This document shows positions 42,751 to 50,022 of a stretch of 64,000 nucleotides of DNA, in pieces. Every line of letters begins with the position of its first letter. The first letter of the stretch is position 1. The DNA is from an uncultured Verrucomicrobiae bacterium (lineage in GTDB: Bacteria; Verrucomicrobiota; Verrucomicrobiia; Limisphaerales; UBA11358). The DNA is taken from NCBI GenBank assembly GCA_963714695.1, contig CAVQPQ010000008.1, forward strand, positions 180,656 to 244,655. The letters run 5' to 3'. The translations under genes and the position numbers were made by a program. Below the pieces are notes generated by a model. It was not told where the DNA came from and made no database searches. It saw only the letters and a program-made list of their open reading frames with translations.

Positions 42751-44433
42751 ATGGACGACACGAATTCACTCATCGAACAGCGCAAGGCCAAGCTCGCCGC
42801 GTTGCGCGCAAAGGGCTTTGACCCGTTCAAAAACAAGTTCAGGCCCGGCGAAACCTGCCAGCAGGCGCGTGAACATTATACCGAAGGTCGCGAAGTCGCG
42901 CTCGCCGGCCGCATCACCGCGCACCGCGACATGGGCAAATCCATGTTCCTCGACATCCGCGACCAGAGCGGCCGGATGCAGATTTACGCCCAGAAAAACG
43001 TCCTTGGTGACGAGCAGTTTGCCATTTTCCAGCATCTGGATCTCGCGGATTTCATCGGCGTGCGCGGTACGCAGTTCACCACCAAGACCAACGAAAAGTC
43101 TGTCAAGATCACCGGCTTCACCATCCTGGCCAAGGCGCTGCGCCCGCCGCCGGAAAAGTGGCACGGTCTCGCCGACACGGAAATCCGCTACCGCCAGCGC
43201 TATCTCGATTTGATGGCGAACCCGGACGTGAAGGAACTGTTCTTGATGCGCAGCGAAATCATCCGTGAAATCCGGAATTTCCTGCACGCGCACGGCTATG
43301 TGGAGGTCGAGACACCGATGATGCAGGCGATTCCCGGCGGCGCGGCGGCGCAACCGTTCGTCACCAAGCACAACGCGCTGGGCTGCAATTTTTATCTCCG
43401 CATCGCACTGGAGCTTTATCTCAAGCGCCTGCTGGTCGGCGGCGTGGACAAAGTGTTCGAGCTTGGCCGCAACTTCCGCAACGAGGGCCTCTCGCGCAAA
43501 CACAATCCCGAATTCACCATGCTCGAAGCGTATGAGGCCTACGGTGATTACGAGAGCATGATGGAACTCGTCGAAGAAATGATTTGCCACGTTGCACAAA
43601 AGGTCTTAGGAAAAACCAAAATCTACCGTCCGCGTACGGAATATTTTAAACACCAACTTAATTTTATTCACGGTGTCGCTTCTGCAAATCTTCCAACTGA
43701 TCAAACTGGAGAATTCTTGGCGGCTATCAAGGAGTGCCTTGAGCTTCAGGGTTCTCAAGAGACTGAACTAATTGCAGCGAAAGCAAATGAAGTTGCTCAG
43801 AAACTTGCTGCCGAGTTCCAAGCGGGAAGCGACCATTCTAAAATAGCGACAGATATTTTGAAATGGATCACTCCGTATCTTGAGAGGCAAGAAATTAACC
43901 TCGAACGTCCTTGGAAACGCGCTAAATATAAAGATTTAGTCCGCGAAAAAGCCGGCGTGGATTGGTTTGAAGTTTTTCCCGCCGAACGCCGCCAGCGCGC
44001 CCACGATCTCGGCGCGGAAATTGGCAAGGAATACGAGGACTTTGAAGTCACCGGCGCGGTGTTCGAGAAATTGATCGAGCCGACGCTGATTCAGCCGACG
44101 TTCGTTACGCATCTGCCGAAGGAACTCGTGCCGCTGGCCAAGGTCTCGCCCGACGATCCGACGACAGTGGAGGTCTTCGAGTGCTGCATCAACGGCCAGG
44201 AAATCGCGCCGGCCTACACCGAGCAGAACGACCCGATTGAACAGCGTGAACGGCTGGAGCACCAGGCCGGCGGTGAGCAGCAGAAGCTGGACGAGGATTT
44301 TCTCGTCGCGCTGGAGCACGGCATGCCGCCCGCCGGCGGCATGGGCATGGGCATTGACCGCCTGTGCATGATGCTGCTTGGCCAGGAAAGCATCCGCGAC
44401 GTGATTTTGTTTCCGCAGTTGAAGCCGAAATAG
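42751..44433 (+). CDS. lysS: lysine--tRNA ligase (class IIb) with an ~89-codon AT-rich insert
   Basis: OB-fold N-domain. Motif 1 around VEVETPMM, motif 2 FRNEGLSRKHNPEFTMLE, motif 3 GMGIDRLCMML. Start trimmed to the ATG at 42751 (MDDTNSLIEQRKAKL). Confidence 0.92.
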   Translation: MDDTNSLIEQRKAKLAALRAKGFDPFKNKFRPGETCQQAREHYTEGREVALAGRITAHRDMGKSMFLDIRDQSGRMQIYAQKNVLGDEQFAIFQHLDLADFIGVRGTQFTTKTNEKSVKITGFTILAKALRPPPEKWHGLADTEIRYRQRYLDLMANPDVKELFLMRSEIIREIRNFLHAHGYVEVETPMMQAIPGGAAAQPFVTKHNALGCNFYLRIALELYLKRLLVGGVDKVFELGRNFRNEGLSRKHNPEFTMLEAYEAYGDYESMMELVEEMICHVAQKVLGKTKIYRPRTEYFKHQLNFIHGVASANLPTDQTGEFLAAIKECLELQGSQETELIAAKANEVAQKLAAEFQAGSDHSKIATDILKWITPYLERQEINLERPWKRAKYKDLVREKAGVDWFEVFPAERRQRAHDLGAEIGKEYEDFEVTGAVFEKLIEPTLIQPTFVTHLPKELVPLAKVSPDDPTTVEVFECCINGQEIAPAYTEQNDPIEQRERLEHQAGGEQQKLDEDFLVALEHGMPPAGGMGMGIDRLCMMLLGQESIRDVILFPQLKPK

Positions 44434-44499
44434 AAATCAAACATTCAATCTGAAACACACCATGAGCTTCTATGTGACTTTGACAGAAATGAATTTCCT

Positions 44500-44733
44500 G
44501 TGGAATGGCATGGAAGTAAATCCGGCCTGCGAAAGGAATGGCCGTATCCTAGCGATGGCTACTTCCGTGACTCGTCGAAAAAATTGGTTGCCGACCATGG
44601 GCCAGTTGTTCGCGTGACAGATTGCGGCTCAATGTCGGCTGTAAGATGGCGCTTTACCTATAAAGACGGGCACGAGGTAGTGGTTGGAAATCCAGGATGG
44701 CCAGTGCAGACAATGATATTTTTGTGTACTTAG
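44500..44733 (+). CDS. hypothetical small protein (possibly frameshifted with the ATG at 44462)
   Basis: 77-codon ORF in an AT-richer spacer. An upstream ATG ORF in the adjacent frame could join it if one C were added. Confidence 0.25.
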   Translation: MEWHGSKSGLRKEWPYPSDGYFRDSSKKLVADHGPVVRVTDCGSMSAVRWRFTYKDGHEVVVGNPGWPVQTMIFLCT

Positions 44734-44987
44734 GCCAGAAACGGGAGGGTTGGTCGTAACGTTGAGAAACCTGACTTGCGCCCGGGCAATGCCGGCTTCT
44801 CTTCACCAGCGCTGCGGGCCTCGTGTTCACGGCAAACAAAAAAGCAGAACTATTCCAACCGCGTTCCGCCTGCGCCCATAGCTAATCAGAGTCAAGCGAA
44901 AAAGGGCGAAAACGGACCGTCGCGGGCGCAACCAGAGGGTGTATTGCGCCAATCGTTTGGGCAGGGGGTGGAGCGCAGACGCCCGCG

Positions 44988-45692
44988 CTACTTTAGCGAC
45001 TCCAAAATTTTCTCCGCCGCCGCGAGCGGATTTTCCGCCGCGTAAATCGGCCGGCCAATCACCAGCCAGTCCGCTCCGGCGGCCACAGCTTCGCGCGGCG
45101 TGAGCGTGCGCTTCTGGTCGTCGGCCTTTTCCGCGCCCGTGCGGATACCGGGCGTCACCAGTTGAATCTCTTCCGGGAGAATCTCCCGCAGGTCGGCAAT
45201 TTCCAGCGGCGAGCAAACCAAGCCGCGCAAGCCCGCCTTCACCGCGAGATTCGCCAGCCGCTCCACCTGGTGGCCGACATTGGCTTCACAACCGATCTCA
45301 GCCAGTGCATTGCTGTTCATGCTCGTCAGCACGGTCACACCAAGCACGAGTGGCGCGGGCCGGCCGAGCGATTTCGCCGTGTCCTGCGCGGATTTCTCCG
45401 CCGCGCGCATCATCTCGCCGCCGCCGCTGGTATGGAGGGTGAGCATTTGCACGTCGAGTCGCACCGCGGCGGCGACGGCCCTGGCGACGGTGTTCGGGAT
45501 GTCGTGAAATTTCAGATCCAGAAACACCGCCGCGCCGGTGTCGCGAACACGGCGCACGATGTCCGGTCCGGCGGCGACAAAAAGTTCCTTGCCGATCTTG
45601 AAGGCGCCGACGGCGGGCGCGATTTGCGCGGCGAGCTTGAGCGCGGTCTCGGCGTTCGGCACATCCAGCGCAGCGATGATGGGGTTACGCAT
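44988..45692 (-). CDS. pyrF: orotidine 5-prime-phosphate decarboxylase
   Basis: MRNPIIAALDV...FKIGKELF...FLDLKFHDIPNTV signature. Confidence 0.9.
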   Translation of the reverse strand: MRNPIIAALDVPNAETALKLAAQIAPAVGAFKIGKELFVAAGPDIVRRVRDTGAAVFLDLKFHDIPNTVARAVAAAVRLDVQMLTLHTSGGGEMMRAAEKSAQDTAKSLGRPAPLVLGVTVLTSMNSNALAEIGCEANVGHQVERLANLAVKAGLRGLVCSPLEIADLREILPEEIQLVTPGIRTGAEKADDQKRTLTPREAVAAGADWLVIGRPIYAAENPLAAAEKILESLK

Positions 45693-45705
45693 GAACTTAT
45701 TTAGC

Positions 45706-45772
45706 CACAGATGAAACACGGATGAAACACAGATTTTCGGAACTTGAAACTGAAAACTGAAAGCTTGAAACT
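45706..45772. repeat. tandem 11-mers (CACAGATGAAA type) followed by tandem heptamers (TGAAACT type)
   Basis: CACAGATGAAA CACGGATGAAA CACAGATTTT, then TGAAACT GAAAACT GAAAGCT TGAAACT. Together they fill almost the whole pyrF-hisD divergent spacer. Confidence 0.85.
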
Positions 45773-45778
45773 GTTGTC

Positions 45779-47071
45779 ATGAAAGTCATCCGCCATACCG
45801 ATGCGAACTTTGCCGCCAAACTGCACGAGCTGTCCGCACCGTCCAGCCTGTTCGATCCCGTCATCGAACAACGCACCCGCGCCATCCTCGATGCCGTTCA
45901 AGCCCGCGGCGACGCCGCGCTGCTGGAATTCACCGAAAAATTCGACGGCGCAAAACTCGCCGCCGGCCGGCTGGCCATCACGCAGGCGGAATTGTTCAAC
46001 GCCTCGCTGGCCGCCGACGAATCGCTCCGCGCCGCCGTGGCCGAAGCGGAGAAAAACATCGTTGCGTTCGCCAAAAAGTCGCTGCTCAAAAACTGGCAGA
46101 TGAAAAATTCGCATGGCGCGATCGTCGGCGAGAAATTTGATCCGTTCCGGCGCGTGGGAGTTTACATCCCCGGCGGCCAGGCGCCGCTGGTTTCGACGGC
46201 GCTGATGACGGCCGCGCTGGCGAAGGCGGCCGGCTGCCCGGAAATCGTCGCTTGCACTCCCTGCGGTCGGGACGGCTCCATCAATCCGGCGCTGTTGTTC
46301 GCAACGCGGGCGGCCGGGGCCACGGAAATTTACCGCGTCGGCGGCGCGCAGGCCATCGCGGCCATGGCTTACGGCACCAAGACGATCCGCCGCGTGCAAA
46401 AAATCTTTGGTCCGGGCAACGCCTATGTCAGCACGGCCAAACGACTGCTTTTTGGCCACGTTACCATTGATTTGCTGGCCGGTCCGAGCGAGCTGCTCGT
46501 GCTTGCGGACGAAACGGCGAACCCGAAATTCGCCGCCGCTGATTTGCTGGCGCAGGCCGAACACGGCTCCGGCCACGAGCGCGTCTGGCTCGTGACGACT
46601 TCGGGAAAAATCATCAAGGCCGTCCAAGGTGAAATTGCGAAACAACTGCCCAGGCAAGCGCGCCGTGAGCTCATCCGGCGCGTGTTGGATGAAAACACCT
46701 GGCTGATTCAAGTGGCGACGCTGGCCGACGCAGTGGTGCTGGCAAACCGGCTCGCGCCGGAGCATTGCGAAGTGATGACGCGTAATCCGCGCAAGCTCTC
46801 GGAAAAGATTCTGACCGCCGGAGCCATTTTCCTCGGTCCGTGGTCGCCAACGGTGCTGGGCGATTACGTGGCCGGGCCGAGCCACACGCTGCCAACCGGC
46901 GGCGCGGGCGCGTCGTTTGCCGGCCTGACCGTGGACCAGTTCCAGCGCCGCACCAGCGTCGTCGAATACACCCGCGCCTCGCTCAAGAGAGCGCTGCCCG
47001 CCGTGAAAAAATTCGCGGAACTCGAAGGCTTGGGTGCGCATGGAAAAAGCGCGGAGATACGACCCTCGTAA
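45779..47071 (+). CDS. hisD: histidinol dehydrogenase
   Basis: 430 aa. Conserved GPGNAYV, AGPSE, LAQAEHG and HTLPTGG motifs. Confidence 0.92.
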   Translation: MKVIRHTDANFAAKLHELSAPSSLFDPVIEQRTRAILDAVQARGDAALLEFTEKFDGAKLAAGRLAITQAELFNASLAADESLRAAVAEAEKNIVAFAKKSLLKNWQMKNSHGAIVGEKFDPFRRVGVYIPGGQAPLVSTALMTAALAKAAGCPEIVACTPCGRDGSINPALLFATRAAGATEIYRVGGAQAIAAMAYGTKTIRRVQKIFGPGNAYVSTAKRLLFGHVTIDLLAGPSELLVLADETANPKFAAADLLAQAEHGSGHERVWLVTTSGKIIKAVQGEIAKQLPRQARRELIRRVLDENTWLIQVATLADAVVLANRLAPEHCEVMTRNPRKLSEKILTAGAIFLGPWSPTVLGDYVAGPSHTLPTGGAGASFAGLTVDQFQRRTSVVEYTRASLKRALPAVKKFAELEGLGAHGKSAEIRPS

Positions 47072-47487
47072 ATCGTCAGCACGATGGCAGCGCGTTGTTT
47101 GGCCGGCAGCTTCATTAAGGCGGCCTGCACCTCCCCGCCAGGCCCATCGGCGCCGGGTTCGGATTGAGAAACGGTGTTTGATTCGGCCCATTGGGTGTGG
47201 ATTTGATCGCGGCGCATCTCCCGCTGCCGCCAGTTCAAGCAGGTGTTGACCGCAATCCGATAAAGCCACGAGGAGAACTTTGCCGTGCCCTGGTAGGAAT
47301 CCAGTTGCCGGTAAGCGCGGATGAAAGTTTCCTGGGCCAGATCTTCGGCATCGGCCAGCGAACCCGTCATCCGGAATGTCAGCGAATGGATCATGCGTTG
47401 ATGGGCGCGTATCAGTAATTCAAAAGCCGCAGGATTGCCATCCCGGCTTTGCAACACCCAGTTTTTTTCCTCATCCGTGTCGCTCAT
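47060..47487 (-). pseudogene. ECF sigma factor lacking the region 4.2 helix-turn-helix (truncated)
   Basis: Regions 2 (DLAQETFIRAYRQLDSY...FSSWLYRIAVNTCLNW) and 4.1 (LPAKQRAAIVLTIYEG) are present. The ORF then runs antisense into the hisD 3-prime end (46864-47071), with no sigma-like sequence in any frame. Confidence 0.6.
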
Positions 47488-47778
47488 GCGGCATCATTTT
47501 ACCCAATAGGACAATCGGGGACGACAAGTCCTTTGATTTTTTTAGTTTTCGCAAAAGCCGCCAGGTCATGTCCGGCCAAGGGGATTCCGGCTTGATTCAC
47601 GCCTGCCGCCACAGGCCGGACTTTGAAATACTCAAAACGAGCAGTAAAGGATGGTTTCGTCGTTTGGCCGTTGTGCGAAACAGGTGTGGCCAAGTCCTGC
47701 CGGACGAAACTCGCGGACGACAATTCCGGCAGCATCGAAGAACGGTGCGTCCGCACCAGATCGCCGGACGTTTAAAAA

Positions 47779-49239
47779 TCAAGGCGACTGCGGCACGGCG
47801 TTGATTTCGATGTGGTTGGTGTCGGCAATCACCGCCGTTCCCGCGATGCGCGAATTCGACCACGGCATTTGATTCTGATTCGTGAGCGCTGATTGCATCT
47901 GGTTGCCGCCACCGCCACCACCTCCCAAACCGCCACTGCCACTTGATGACTGCTGCAAATTTGTCATCGCGTTGGCCATCGCCACCAAATTTCCGGCGAA
48001 CACCACGTTTTGCTGGAGGGTTCGGTTAGTTCCAGTCACCCGGAAGAAATAATTTTGAGCCGTTTGCAATTCCTCCCGGCTGGCGATTGTTTTTGCCCGT
48101 TCAACTTGCGCCGGCACGGCGGCTGGCGGAGCGGTCGTTGCCGCCGGCGCTGGCTCGTTTTGCGCAACCGCGCTTTCCGGCAGCAACGAACCGTCATAGA
48201 CCGAGCCGTCCGCATCCACGACGCGGACCGCGCTGCCATTTTGTTGCACCTGAAAATTCACCAACACGGGAACGGCTTGGGCCGGCGTGATGGTATTCTT
48301 AAAGGCATTTTGCAAACCCATGGCGAAATTGTGCGAAGCGGCGGATGCGAATTGAATCCCACTCGTTTGCGCCGTGGCCAACCGGTCCATTGTCGCCGTG
48401 GGAGCAGCAGGAGCGGCGGGGGCATTCGCCGCCAGTTCACCAGCGCCTGGTGCGGCAATTGCCAAATCGCCAAGTTTCAATTCCTTCCGATTGTTTTCGG
48501 CCTTTGGCTGCCCTGAAATTGGAGGCGAGGCGGCGGCGATTCCGCTCGCGGCGGAGATTTCCTTCGGGGTCTCTGCAAGTTGCCGGCGGGCGGAATCTTT
48601 TGCGAAGGCAAGCTCCTGCACTTCGCGGTTCGTCAGTTCGGAAAAGCGGGCGCCATTAATGACTTCAACGCGACCGTCAGCGAACAGAACCGTGCGCCCC
48701 TTTTTGTCCGTGGGCGAATACGCCAGCATGGAATTGCTCGGCAAATTACCCAGATACTTTCCACCGCCAACGTAAACGAATCGCCGCCCGTTTTGCGGAT
48801 CGATAAAAATCGTGCTGGCCAGATCGAGTTGCAATTCGTTCGTCAGTTCGTCGAGGGAAGCTGGCAGGCGCTCCTGGTTGTCTTCAGCAAACATCCGTAA
48901 AGCGGTGCCGATTTCGATGAGATGTGATTTGGTCATGGCCGTGGTCTTTTGCGCCTTGTTTTTTGCCGCGCCCAAACCCGGCAACAACAGCGTTGCGACG
49001 AAGAAAACCATCAGCGCAAAACCCAGCAGCACCGCCCACTGCTGGCGGAACAATTCCCAAAGCGACAGGGAGGCGTCTTCGTCATCCGGCTTGGGCGCGT
49101 TGCGGGCGATTTCGCCCTGCAACAGGCGCCGCGTCGCCGGATGCAGCTCCAGCGGATCGCCGGCCTGGGCACGGCGTTTTTTCGCGTAAGCCCGCAGCCG
49201 TTTTTCGATGTTGCGTTCCGGTTCCATTCTTTCAGTCAT
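47779..49239 (-). CDS. anti-sigma-like single-pass membrane protein with a pseudopilin-like ectodomain
   Basis: ORF 47779..49419 trimmed to the ATG at 49239 (ATGA overlap with the sigma-factor stop). Cytoplasmic N-terminus with LELHPATRRLLQGEIAR, one TM, then LLLPGLGAAKNKAQ...VLFADGRVE. Confidence 0.65.
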   Translation of the reverse strand: MTERMEPERNIEKRLRAYAKKRRAQAGDPLELHPATRRLLQGEIARNAPKPDDEDASLSLWELFRQQWAVLLGFALMVFFVATLLLPGLGAAKNKAQKTTAMTKSHLIEIGTALRMFAEDNQERLPASLDELTNELQLDLASTIFIDPQNGRRFVYVGGGKYLGNLPSNSMLAYSPTDKKGRTVLFADGRVEVINGARFSELTNREVQELAFAKDSARRQLAETPKEISAASGIAAASPPISGQPKAENNRKELKLGDLAIAAPGAGELAANAPAAPAAPTATMDRLATAQTSGIQFASAASHNFAMGLQNAFKNTITPAQAVPVLVNFQVQQNGSAVRVVDADGSVYDGSLLPESAVAQNEPAPAATTAPPAAVPAQVERAKTIASREELQTAQNYFFRVTGTNRTLQQNVVFAGNLVAMANAMTNLQQSSSGSGGLGGGGGGGNQMQSALTNQNQMPWSNSRIAGTAVIADTNHIEINAVPQSP

Positions 49240-49856
49240 CCATTGGACGGGAAAACGTCCGGTTTTTCCCGCAGAAAAATTTTGCGGGCAATTTCCTCCA
49301 GCCGGTCCAGGCATTTGCTCAGGCGCGAACTGACGGTCTTGGGATTCAGCTTCAACGTCGCGCTTAATTCCTCGTAGCTCAAGTCGCCAAAATAGCGCAG
49401 CTCGACGATTTCGCGGCACGGCTCTCCGAGCTGGTCGAGCGATGCGCGCACCACCGCCATCTGCTCGGCGTTCATCAAATGTTCATCCGGCGCGGGCAAA
49501 GGGTCCGGCGGATCGGGCGTCAGTCCGGTTTCCGGGTTTTCCGCCTGAAGCGAAATCGTTGTTTGTCCGCCGCCGCGTTTGGCCGCGATTCGTTTCTCGC
49601 GGTAATCGCGCGCCTTGTTCGCGGCGATGCGGAAAAGCCACGTCTGGAACCGGCTTTCGCCCTGAAAGGCATCGAGGTTTTTGATGACGGACAGAAAAAC
49701 TTCCTGGCAAATCTCCTCGCTGTCTTCGCGGGAAAAATCCGGCGCGAGCTGGAAAACAAACCGCCCCGCCGCCGCGTAATGCAGATCGAAGAGTTCGTCC
49801 CACGCTTCGGCTTCGCCGCGACGGCAACGCGCCAGCAATTCGGCTTCGGGGGCCAT
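49236..49856 (-). CDS. ECF-type RNA polymerase sigma factor
   Basis: Region 2 (EICQEVFLSVIKNLDAFQGESRFQTWLFRIAANKARDY) and region 4 (EIVELRYFGDLSYEELSATLKLNPKTVSSRLSKCLDRL). Confidence 0.88.
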   Translation of the reverse strand: MAPEAELLARCRRGEAEAWDELFDLHYAAAGRFVFQLAPDFSREDSEEICQEVFLSVIKNLDAFQGESRFQTWLFRIAANKARDYREKRIAAKRGGGQTTISLQAENPETGLTPDPPDPLPAPDEHLMNAEQMAVVRASLDQLGEPCREIVELRYFGDLSYEELSATLKLNPKTVSSRLSKCLDRLEEIARKIFLREKPDVFPSNG

Positions 49857-49906
49857 GCGTTTGGACTCTATTTGAAACCGCGCTCTTTGAACAGATTTTC
49901 CGCGCG

Positions 49907-49974
49907 TTGGAGTTCAAGCTTCAGCTTGTTCAAACGGCCTTGTTTATCGGAACAAGCTGAAGCTTGAACTCCAA
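49907..49974. promoter_or_regulatory. perfect 25-bp inverted repeat with an 18-nt loop in the divergent control region
   Basis: TTGGAGTTCAAGCTTCAGCTTGTTC (49907-49931) and GAACAAGCTGAAGCTTGAACTCCAA (49950-49974). The arms are themselves built of TTCAAGC/TTCAGCT heptad-like units. Confidence 0.85.
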
Positions 49975-50022
49975 CCCGGAAATGTACGGGAGCATTTTGC
50001 GCGGCCTTCCGTCTGACTGGGC

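Noticed and set aside
46864-47059. C-terminal ~65 residues of ORF 46864..47487 as a genuine part of the sigma factor.
   Set aside because: This part is antisense to the conserved 3-prime end of hisD and has no similarity to sigma region 4.2. I interpret it as read-through after truncation.
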